Shown here: positions 38,901 to 48,125 of the stretch, piece after piece
How the letters are laid out: each line of letters opens with the position of its first letter
Numbering within the stretch: the first letter of the stretch is position 1
DNA from: Octopus sinensis
Taxonomy: Eukaryota
Direction of reading: 5' to 3'
NCBI RefSeq assembly: GCF_006345805.1
Contig: NC_043020.1
Coordinates: forward strand, 28,024,001 to 28,088,000
Length of the DNA: 64,000 nt
Translations under genes and position numbers: made by a program
The notes under the pieces: model-generated
Database searches by the model: none
What the model was told of the DNA's origin: nothing
The model's input: only the letters and a program-made list of their open reading frames with translations

Positions 38901-40423
38901 ACATCGGTTTCGATCAGAGAGGAGCTGCTTTTATGAGCAAAAAGGTGACTGAAAAGCTGGACATGCCGTTCTTTGGTGCCATGCTGGGGCAGACTCTGTT
39001 TGTCGAGTTTCTTGGCAAGTTTCCTCTGCTTAGCTTCATCGTCTGCTCGCAAATGCGTCGGGACACGAAGGGGTTCCTTCTTGGCAGCTTCAAGTTGGCA
39101 AGAAATAAACAAATAAATAAATAAAATAAATAAATAAATAAATGCCAAATGAAAGACGGAAGATGGAAGGAATATATTATTTATTTACTTAACCCTTTCA
39201 TTACCAACCCGGCCGAAACAGCCTCTGGTTCTTTAGAACAAATGTTTTGTTTTCTTAAGTTTCGAATTGAAATCTTCCACCAAACTTTAGTCACAATGTA
39301 TGTTCCTAACACTAGCTGAATGATAACTAAGTTGTTTTACTAAATTCTTTGTTATATTTAGAATTAATTGAAAGAAACACAGAACATCTCAACAGAAATA
39401 TGGTAAGAAAAGGGTTAGAATATATAATAGAGAAACGATTCTTAGCCCTTTTGATACCAACCTGGCAGAGACTGGCTCTGAGTACAAATGTCATGTTTTC
39501 ATAAGTTTTGAATTAAAATCTTCCACCAAACCTTAGTCACCATTTATGTTCCTAAAACCAGCTTAATGATAACTATGTTATTTTACTAAATTCTTTATTA
39601 TATTTTAAGTAATTGAAAGAAACACAGAGCATCTCAACAGAAATATGGTAACAAAAGGGTTCAAATATATAACAGAGAAACAATTCTTAACCCTTTTGTT
39701 ACCAACCTGGCTGAAACCACCTCTGGCTCTGTAGTACAAATGTCCTGTTTCCAAAAAGTTTTGAATTAAAATCTTCCACCAAACCTTAGTCACAATTTAT
39801 GTTCCTAATACTAGCTTAATGATAACTAAGTTGTTTTACTAAATTCTTTGTTACATCCAAAATAATTGAAAGAAACCCAGAACATCTCAAAATAAATACG
39901 GTAACAATAGGGTTAAAGGGCACAATACGTGTCTTTAAGAGCAACAAATAGTTTTGTATGTTGAGAAATATTTCCAACATATTCATCACATTTCTTCTCC
40001 TATTCAATTTTTTTTCATTCATTTTGATATGGGGTTTGTGCCTGATGAGTATGTTTGAGATATTTCTCAACATATGAAACTATTAGTAGCACTTAAACAC
40101 ATGTATTGTGTCCCTTGAATAAATAATATTTATCTCTCACTAGAGGGAGTACTTTTTTGTTGATCTTTCTATCACAAAATAGTACATTACATATTAGATA
40201 TATATGTGTGTGTGTATATATATAGGGAAGGTTTACGAAAATAAACAAAAGACGAAGGCAGGTGGAGTACAAACAAACAAATGTATTAGTATGGCGCTCA
40301 GGAATAGAAATAGAACAAGTCTTTTACGTTTCGAGCCTACGCTCTTCGACAGAAAGATACACAGAAAAGAAACAAGGAGAGAAAAAAATGTGTGTAGGAG
40401 CTAACAGTCCATCATGGCTTTCA

Positions 40424-40467
<44 letters not shown>

Positions 40468-43400
40468 TATATGAAATTAGATAAGGGTAGAAATTGATAT
40501 TAATCAATTAAAACCAGTGGCTTAGCATATTTTAAAAAATCCGAACATTAAAAATTGTTTTACATACAAAATTTAGAGGACTGACCACTAAAACATAGAT
40601 GTCAAATCGCCATTACTACAAAGAATGTGTTGCTGAAATTTTCAACTGGTACTTGATTTATCAACCCTGAAAGGATGAAAGGCAAAGTCAGCCTTGGCAG
40701 AGTTTGAACTCAGAAAGTAAAGACAGATGACACATTATCAATATTATCATCACTTAATGTCCATGCTTGCACAGGTCTGACAGAATTTATTGAGGCAGAT
40801 TTTCTCTGGTCAGCTACCCTTCCTGTTGAAGCAGGTTTTCTATGGCCAGCTGCCCTTCCTGTTGCCAGCACTAACCTGCTGAAGTAATATTTCCCTATGA
40901 CCAGTCATACTTTTCTCTTTTTATTTTAACAGAAGACTGGAAACAAACAACACTGCTTGTATGACAGTGATGTTCATTTACAACCATGAGGTCAAGACAT
41001 GGGGATCCTTATGCACACACAACAGGCTTCCTGCAGTTTCCTTCTACCAAAATACAATCACAAGGCTTTAGTTAGCCAAAGGCTACAGGGGAACACATTT
41101 GCCCAAGGTGCTGTGCCTTGGGACTGAACCTGAAAGCTGCCCCACTGCACCTGAGACCACATCGTTGGGAACACACACACACACACACAAGCCAATAAAA
41201 CACCTTACCTGCTGTACTCTGCGCTTTGGCCTGTTGCTTCTCTAACTTTGCCGCCCTCTGTGCCTCCTGCAAAATAATGGAAAAAATTTCATTGGAAACT
41301 AAACAAATTCTTTCACTGTTTCAGTCATTAGACTGTGGCCATGCTGGAGCACTGCACTGAAGAATTTTTAGTCGAATGAATCAACCCCTGTACTTATTCC
41401 AGTTCTACATTTAAGAGATGAGGAATTATCTACATTATTTACATTTGACGGATATTTGTCCTCATCTTGTTTGTTGTTAACACAACGTTTCGGCTGATAC
41501 ACCCTCCAGCCTTCATCAGGTGTCTTGGAGAAATTTCGAACCTGGGTTCTCATTCCTAAGATATTTTTTGATGTTATAATAATAATAACATCGAAAAATA
41601 CCTTAGGATTGAGAACCTAGGTTCGGAATTTCCCCAAGACACCTGATGAAGGCTGGAGGGTATATCAGCCGAAACTGTTAACAACAAACAAGATGAGGAC
41701 AAATATCCATCAAATGTAAATAATCTAAATAATGCCCAGTTCTTATTTTTTAAAAGCTTGGTACTTATTCTATCAGTCTCTCTTGCTGAACCACTAAGTT
41801 ACAGGGACGTAAACACACCAACACCAGTTGTAAAGTGGTGGTGAGGGACAGACACAGAGACACACGCATAGATGTAGATCTTTAGCAGCATTAGTTGCTA
41901 TAGAATCTATCAGCTTACCAAAATTCTTTGTAATTTTGATATGGGAAAACGTGTGTAACTTACGATGCTAATAAATTGTTATTTTATCAAATTCTGTCCC
42001 CTTTTTGTTCTCTAAATGTTGGCTGCTAAATGCTTGAAGCAAACTAACTTCCTAAACTCGGATCCCCGGATTGTATTTACACATGTGACAGGCTTCTTTC
42101 AGTATCCCTCTAGCAAATCCACTCACAAGTCTTTGGTCAGCCCAAGGCTATAGTAGAAGTCATTTGCCCAAGGTGCTACACAACGGGACTGAACCTCGGA
42201 CCATGTGGTTGAAAAGCAAGCTTCTTACAACATAGCCATACCTGCGCCTAAATAAATTTCACACTGAACTAAAAGCTCAATGACTGTAATGCTAAGTTCA
42301 AATCTGACATTGTGTTGTGCCACTGATCTTCATCCACAAATTCTGCTTCTTCCAATTTCTCCAGTTGGACTGAATAAAACAGGGGCTTCACTTCCTCTTT
42401 CACAGCTGAGTGTTTTGTGATGGTCAATCGTTGTTTAACTCCAGGTTTGCTCTCATCAAGCAGACCCACAATCAAACATGTCCCAGCTATGCTTATTTCA
42501 TCCAATATGCCCTTCTTTTAAGTTGCAATGCAGTTTAACCTTTTTTAGGTATGAACCCATCTGAGACCACCCTTGATTCTGTGATAAAAACCTCCTGTTT
42601 TAACCCTTTTGATACCAACACGACCAAAACCACCTCTGGCTCTGTAGTACAAATGGCTTGTTTTCATAAGTTTTGAATCAAAATCTTCCACCAAACTTCA
42701 GCCACAATTTATGTTCTTAACACTAGCTTAATGATAACCAAGTTATTTTACTAAATTCTTTGTTATATTTAAAATTAATTGAAAGAAACACAGAACATCT
42801 CTACAGAAATATGATAACGAAAGGGTTAAAGTGATTTAAATCAAAACTTCTCATCCCATCTCATCTTCTTCATCCACTTATTCCTGGAAGAGTCAGGGGG
42901 GGAAAAAATCCTCATGCACGCCTTCCATCAGGTCTTGTCTGAAGAAACAGTCTCCAATTGATCCAGCTGGACCCCAAAGCAAGACCAACCGAGCTCAAGC
43001 ATGTTATCCAGCCTTCTTGCTCATGGCCTACTCCTCCATGGGCCATGTAGCACAGAGCAAAAAAAAATTAAATTAAATTTTTAAAAAAAGAGGCAAAAAA
43101 AAGGGGAGAAAATAAACCAGCTACCACAGCAAAATGGAGATGAAATAAATGAGGGACTGAATTAATGAATGTTTATTTACTTACCTGTTTCAATCGTCTT
43201 TCCGCTGTTATTTGTGCTTTTGTCTTTTGCACCTGGCCCTCAGGTGGTGTTGCCGAGTAACCGCCTCCTTCGGCCAAAGCCTTCTTCTCTTTCTGCTTCC
43301 TGTATTCTTCCCTCTGTCTTTCTTTCCTCGCTGCTTTGTCTTCAGCTTTCTGACTTTCGCAAGATGGCTTCACCTGTCAGAAAAAAAAGAATAACAAAGT

Positions 43401-43804
43401 AAAGAAAAACATTAGATCATTTATCATCATCATCATCGTTTAATGTCCGCTTTCCATGCTAGCATGGGTTGGACGATTTTGACTGAGGACTGGCAAACCA
43501 GACAGCTGCACCAGGCTCCAATCTTGATCTGGCAGATTCTCTACAGATGGATGCCCTTCCTAATGCCAACCGCTCCAAGAGTGTAGCGGGTGCTTTTACA
43601 TGCCACTGGCACGAGGACCAGTCAGGCGGTACTGGTAACGGCCATGCTCAAATGGTGTTTTTTACGTGCCACCTGCACAGGAGTCGGTCCAGCGGCACTA
43701 GCAACGACCTCGCTTAAATGTTTTTTTCACGTGCCAGTAAGGCGACACTGGTAACGATCACTCTCGAATGGTGCTTTTTATGCGCCACACACACACACAC
43801 ATAT

Positions 43805-43835
<31 letters not shown>

Positions 43836-45035
43836 CATGTATGTATGTATATATACACATATACAGTGGGGTGAAAAAGTAGGTATACAGTATCACATCC
43901 AATGTTGTAATACTTAATTCATTAAAATTATTCGCTCATTAAAATAGCCTCATTTTTGATATTTTCAGTGTCTTTAATCATAATAATACATTTATCCTAA
44001 CTATAATAATACTTTTATTGTAGCTTTTAATTTTTTCGATAACGATAAATGAGTATTATATGCGTTTGGAGGCACAATGGCCCAGTGGATAGGGCAGCGG
44101 ACTCGCGGTCATAAGATCGCGGTTTCGATTCCCAGACCGGGCGTTCTGAGTGTTTATTGAGCGAAAACACTTAAAAGCTCCACGAGGCTCCGGCAAGGGA
44201 TGGTGGTGATCCCTGCTGTACTCTTTCACTCTTACTTCCTGTTTCTGTTGTACCTGTATTTCAAAGGGCCGGCCTTGTCACTCTCTGTGTCACGCTGAAT
44301 ATCCCCGAGAACTGCGTTAAGGGTACACGTGTCTGTGGAGTGCTCAGCCACTTGCACGTTAATTTCACGAGCAGGCTGTTCCGTTGATCGGATCAACCGG
44401 AACCCTCTTCGTCGTAACCGACGGAGTGCTTCCATCCATTATATGCGTTTCCTTTTTTTCATAACTGTATACCTACTTTTGCATCCCTCTATATATGCAC
44501 TCCACACACACACGCACAGACATGAGCTTCTGCACAGTCTCTGCCTACCAAATCTCCTCAGAAGGCATTGGCTGGCCTTTATGTGGATGTTATGATGATG
44601 ACATGATAATAATATTATGGATCATAATGAGCTTAATGAGCTTAATGAGCACAGGACCCTAAAAGCCTAACAAAAAAGCAAAACGTAAATCTTGTTTCTT
44701 ACCTCAACATTTGACTTGTCTTGAAGTACCTGGACTGAATCATCCACCTTGGTTGGGGTCGCAATGTTCACGTCGTGGCTGCTGGTCGTATTGATGACCA
44801 CATTCTCTTCTGTATTATCACAGACTTTGCTGCTCGGAGAAGGGGTTTTGTTCGACTTCACCTCTAAACCCTTCTTCTGCTTCTTTCTGTCCCTTTTCTT
44901 CAAACTGCCATCATGCTGACCTGGGGTTGCAGCTTTCTGTGGAGTGTGTTTCTCTGTGTTCACTGGACCATGTGAACTAGCTATATTATCCATTGGGGCC
45001 CAGAACCTCTGTTTCTCTTTATAGCTGCCTCTCTC
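24299..45035 (-). CDS. EIF2B4: Translation initiation factor eIF-2B subunit delta. 12 exons: 45035-44703, 43373-43185, 41266-41209, 39087-38901, 37521-37407, 36214-36138, 34859-34757, 31362-31235, 28990-28899, 27689-27604, 25659-25479, 24495-24299
   Basis: Manual splicing gives one open frame of 1746 nt ending in TAG, all introns GT-AG with matching phases. Motifs match eIF2B-delta: [149 protein letters not shown]. Start uncertain: first in-frame ATG is at 44993 (567 aa), or it lies in an upstream exon. Confidence 0.96.
24999..25228 (-). mobile_element. Solo copy of the ~230-bp TTAA MITE
   Basis: TTAACCCTTTC...AAAGGGTTAA with the same internal sequence. Confidence 0.85.
25479..25659 (-). CDS. 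EIF2B4: EIF2B4 exon ([15 protein letters not shown]...DSFVSNEL)
   Basis: TTTTTCAG acceptor, G|GTAACT donor, 181 nt. Confidence 0.97.
26785..27441. mobile_element. hAT MITE interrupted by a SINE (about 26880-27250)
   Basis: GGGGGTTCTCAAC...GTTGAGAAACCTTG termini; 8-bp TSD GTCCAACC/GTCTAACC. Confidence 0.7.
27604..27689 (-). CDS. EIF2B4: EIF2B4 exon ([28 protein letters not shown])
   Basis: ATATTTTAG acceptor, AAG|GTAAAT donor, 86 nt. Confidence 0.95.
28899..28990 (-). CDS. EIF2B4: EIF2B4 exon ([30 protein letters not shown])
   Basis: 92 nt, phase 2-1, G|GTAAGT donor. Confidence 0.95.
29165..29577 (+). mobile_element. (GAT)n-tailed SINE-like repeat with variable internal ~50-60-bp tandem units (family C), representative copy
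   Basis: GTAAAAAGCACC...TTGGCGTTAGGAAGGGCATCCAGC...GTTAAACGATGATG. Copies in either orientation at 12742-13030, 33340-33630, 34985-35295, 36785-37135, 43425-43790, 45372-45640, 48970-49170, 51405-51815 and 57712-58070. Confidence 0.85.
29664..30107 (+). mobile_element. Non-autonomous Helitron/Helentron-like (DINE-1/Lep1-type) element
   Basis: Begins TACTAGCAGTATAGCCCAGCATTGCTCAGG and ends (CA)n-GACAACTTCAGCTTTATATGCATAGATT; this end architecture resembles such elements. Confidence 0.5.
31235..31362 (-). CDS. EIF2B4: EIF2B4 exon ([24 protein letters not shown]...DDVIIVYS)
   Basis: 128 nt, phase 0-2, GG|GTGGGT donor. Confidence 0.94.
31408..31477. repeat. (AAT)n microsatellite next to an EIF2B4 acceptor
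   Basis: Direct inspection. Confidence 0.95.
34757..34859 (-). CDS. EIF2B4: EIF2B4 exon ([34 protein letters not shown])
   Basis: TCTTTTAG acceptor, GAT|GTAAGT donor, 103 nt. Confidence 0.95.
36138..36214 (-). CDS. EIF2B4: EIF2B4 exon ([25 protein letters not shown])
   Basis: TTTTTGTAG acceptor, GA|GTAAGA donor, 77 nt. Confidence 0.95.
37407..37521 (-). CDS. EIF2B4: EIF2B4 exon ([38 protein letters not shown])
   Basis: TTTTAACAG acceptor, CAA|GTAAGT donor, 115 nt; conserved GSNARC motif. Confidence 0.96.
38901..39087 (-). CDS. EIF2B4: EIF2B4 exon ([17 protein letters not shown]...[23 protein letters not shown])
   Basis: Phase 1-2, 187 nt, GT|GTAGGT donor, LFSHL motif. Confidence 0.92.
39189..39916 (-). 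mobile_element. Tandem trimer of the same ~230-bp MITE
   Basis: Copies at 39189-39418, 39442-39663 and 39687-39916; two 23-bp spacers. Confidence 0.85.
39913..40119. mobile_element. ~200-bp MITE with ~65-bp imperfect TIRs; Kolobok/T2-like ends (TTAA-AGGG...CCCT-TGAA)
   Basis: Left arm aagggcacaatacgtgtctttaagagc...ccaacat is close to the reverse complement of the right arm atgtttgag...gtattgtgtccctt. Confidence 0.75.
40320..40357 (-). ncRNA. Second minimal hammerhead-like motif (core variant CUGUCGA)
   Basis: TCTTT-CTGTCGA-A-GAGC[gtag]GCTC-GAAAC-GTA-AAAGA; same architecture; A6 position is T. Confidence 0.4.
41209..41266 (-). CDS. EIF2B4: EIF2B4 58-nt exon ([19 protein letters not shown])
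   Basis: TTTTGCAG acceptor, G|GTAAGG donor, phase 0-1; continues the KQ|EAERA motif. Confidence 0.9.
41434..41724. mobile_element. Inverted Penelope-like pLTR pair forming a ~290-nt hairpin with hammerhead-like motifs
   Basis: Arms at about 41434-41576 and 41585-41724 are near-perfect reverse complements; each contains CTGATGAAGGCTG...CAGCCGAAAC. Confidence 0.75.
41479..41524 (-). ncRNA. Minimal type-I hammerhead ribozyme-like motif
   Basis: GACAC-CTGATGA-A-GGCTG[gagggtgtat]CAGCC-GAAAC-GTT-GTGTT: stem I GACAC/GTGTT, stem II 5 bp, ACGT palindrome in place of stem III. Activity untested. Confidence 0.5.
42600..42829 (-). mobile_element. Solo copy of the ~230-bp TTAA MITE
   Basis: TTAACCCTTTT...AAAGGGTTAA. 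Confidence 0.85.
43185..43373 (-). CDS. EIF2B4: EIF2B4 exon ([22 protein letters not shown]...[10 protein letters not shown])
   Basis: CTGACAG acceptor, CAG|GTAAGT donor, 189 nt; resembles the eIF2B-delta AERRAKQ segment. Confidence 0.9.
43863..44050 (+). mobile_element. Tc1-like left terminus fragment
   Basis: TACAGTGGGGTGAAAAAGTA resembles a Tc1 TIR start; no partner TIR seen. Confidence 0.35.
44068..44437 (+). mobile_element. Full-length ~370-bp tRNA-headed SINE (third family)
   Basis: TGGCCCAGTGGATAG A-box and GGTTTCGATTCCC B-box; 13-bp TSD ATTATATGCGTTT. Related copies at 22858-23202(-) and 7481-7690(+). Confidence 0.88.
44703..45035 (-). CDS. EIF2B4: EIF2B4 first identifiable exon (low-complexity N-terminus, MDNIASS...[10 protein letters not shown]...SNVE)
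   Basis: TTTTATTTTCAATTTCAG acceptor and GAG|GTAAGA donor; 333 nt, phase 0-0, open frame joins the next exon. No recognisable sequence conservation. Confidence 0.7.
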
Positions 45036-45637
45036 CTGAAATTGAAAATAAAATACCAAGCCTATCATATATGTATGTATGTATTTGTGTGTCTGTGTTT
45101 GTACCCCAACAATCGCTTGACAACCGATGTTGGTGTGTTTACATCCAGTAACTTAGCAGTTCGGCAAAAGAGACCGATAGAATAAGCACTAGGCTTACAA
45201 AGAATAAGTCCTGGGGTCAATTTGTTCGACTAGAGGTGGTGCTCCAGCATGGCCACAGTCAAATGCCCAAAACAAGTAAAAGAATATATACATGAGTAAA
45301 GGTTGATCGCATATAAAGGTCAAACCTACTTCCATTTTCGGCAAAAAAAAAAACCCTACACATATATGTATCATCATCGTTTAACGTCTGCTCTCCATGC
45401 TAGCATGGGTTGGACGATTTTGACTGAGGGCTGGCAAACCAGATGGCTGCACCAGGCTCCAATCTTGATCTGGCAGAGTTTCTACAGCTGGATGCCCTTC
45501 CTAACGCCAACCACTCTGAGAGTGTAGTGGGTACCTTTTACGTGCCACCGGCACGGGGGGGCCAGTCAGGCAGTACTGGGCAATGACCTCGCTCGAATAC
45601 TTTTACACATGCCACTGGCACAGGTGCCAGTAAGGCG

Positions 45638-45683
<46 letters not shown>

Positions 45684-46484
45684 ACACACATATATATATA
45701 AATATACATACATATATTTACATACACATATTCACACACAGACATAGATACAGAGTCCATGTTTTCCTTTGTTTGCACTTGTACCTGCTGACGGTAAACA
45801 AAAAAACAATATCTTGTCTTTCGGATGCAGTCAACCAAGAAAAGCATATCTGGGCCTCCTTCACACCTTTTTACAGGTCGCCCCCATCTTTGTAAACAAA
45901 CCAATTTATTCAAACGGATTTCCATTTTTTGGAATCTGACTGCAGAAAATCTGGTTCTCCCTGATCCCTGCAAACATGGAAAAGGGGTCCTTAAAACAAT
46001 GACGATGACAATTATAATTGTGTATGTGGGTGGGTGTCTGTCTGTTTGTCTATGTAGGTTATGCAAATGCATTTCTATGGCTATATAGGTTAAGTGCATG
46101 CACTTAGAGATTTTGCTGTTCATGTATTTGTATATCTGCCTGAATGGCTCATAGCAGAGTGTACACTTATGAGCTCTTAGGGTAAAAATGCGTGGGCGTG
46201 GCGAAGACTGTTGCTGCCCAACCAACCACATGGCTCCAGAGTTAGTCTCGCAAACAATACAATTGAAAAGAAACCTCATCGCCTGTCTTTTCTCCCGCCA
46301 CTTTTCCAGAAAAAACAAAAATATTTTTTCTCTTCTAAACAAAGCAAAAAACATCCGCTTCACATAAAAGAACAACGAAATATTCAGTTTTTATCAATTT
46401 GATAAATAAAATGAAAGCACCAATAAAGAATTATCCAAAATTCTGACTGCCTCCTTTCTCTCTTTCTCTCTGTAGATATATATA

Positions 46485-46528
<44 letters not shown>

Positions 46529-46766
46529 TATATATATATGATTGATTGATTGATTGATTCTAGTTTCAGCTCACGAGCTGTGGCCATGCTGGGGCACCGC
46601 CATTTATATTATAAATTAATACTAGAATACAAGGATAAAATCACGTTAATGATTTTTATCAGGTAGTCAGCATGCAATAAAAATTTCGAGGTAATTTATA
46701 CACTAAATTAATAATTATATATATATATGTTAAATTGATAATTACATGTATGTATGTATGTATATA

Positions 46767-46804
<38 letters not shown>

Positions 46805-47824
46805 CATACATATATAGTTGTTAAACAGGACAGCAAACATCAAGGCAAGATAAACATCTCAAGTCATATATAATGTTATTATAGGAAGAAATTCAAAGTC
46901 TTACAGCTATTTCTGGGATATCCCTGTGTATGGGATATTCCGTCTCGGCTATAACCTTGGAGCCCCAGTAATCCGTTACAGCACTTACCTAGCGCACCTA
47001 ATCGCTTAGATCACCTGTGAACTAAACCCCCATACTTTGTATACATACATACATACATACATATATATATAGACACTTTCTAAACAAAGCAAAAAACATC
47101 CGATTCACATAAAACAACAAGGAAATGTTTTGTGTTTATCATTTTGGTTTTAATTTTGTCTTGATGAGTCCAATAGCTACAACTATTTTGGCCACCTACT
47201 CACCCACCCCATACCTCTCCACACACCTCACCAATCTCCCCCAGCCACTGAATCAGTTAACCTATTTTCCTCAAATTATCACCATTCCCATTTTCACTCC
47301 CTCGGACCTTTAATTCTACAGCCTTCATATAAACTAACACAAAGGTTACCATTCGCATACAACCTAAACCACCCTTTCGTCTTCGTCCCACTTTCCACCT
47401 CGACAACTACAAATCCCTACTAGCCTTATTAATAAACCCTAACCCCTAAAATTTATTTTCTCCTCCCACGACTCTCTAAACACCTCCCAACTCCTCCTCC
47501 TAATACACTTAGTTCTCCACAAAATCGTTCCATCTTTAATCTCCTTTCTGTCAACACCGCAAACGTAAAAATTCTTCCCTGATGATGGAGGCAGGTATTA
47601 TCTCTTTTTAAAAAAATTTTTTTTTTTTATTCTTTTACTTGTTTCAGTCATTTGACTGCGGCCATGCTGGAGCACCGCCTTTAGTCGAGCAAATCGACCC
47701 CGGGACTTATTCTTTGTAAGCCCAGTACTTATTCTATCGGTCTCTTTTGCCGAACCGCTAAGTGACGGGGACATAAACACACCAGCATCGGTTGTCAAAC
47801 GATGGTGAAGGAACAAACACAGAC

Positions 47825-47830
47825 ACACAA

Positions 47831-47882
<52 letters not shown>

Positions 47883-48009
47883 TATATATAATATATATAC
47901 ATATATATATATATATATACATATATATACATATACATATATACATATATATTATATATACATATATACATATATATATATATACATATATATATATAAT
48001 ATATACATA

Positions 48010-48063
<54 letters not shown>

Positions 48064-48075
48064 TACATATTATAT

Positions 48076-48125
<50 letters not shown>
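47825..48125. repeat. Expanded (TA)n tract inside a family-A SINE
   Basis: Direct inspection. Confidence 0.95.

Noticed and set aside
44068-44145. tRNA-like sequences with A/B boxes (also 6730-6800, 23120-23200 and all family A/B heads)
   Set aside because: No complete cloverleaf; each continues into a SINE body, several with TSDs.
44232-44435. [14 protein letters not shown] resembling the eIF2B-delta segment after DSRP.EG
   Set aside because: Lies in the antisense of a SINE; the real exon is 27689-27604.
45641-46375. 244-aa ORF as EIF2B4 exon 1
   Set aside because: Non-ATG start, includes a SINE tail and microsatellite, has no eIF2B similarity, and its donors are weak.
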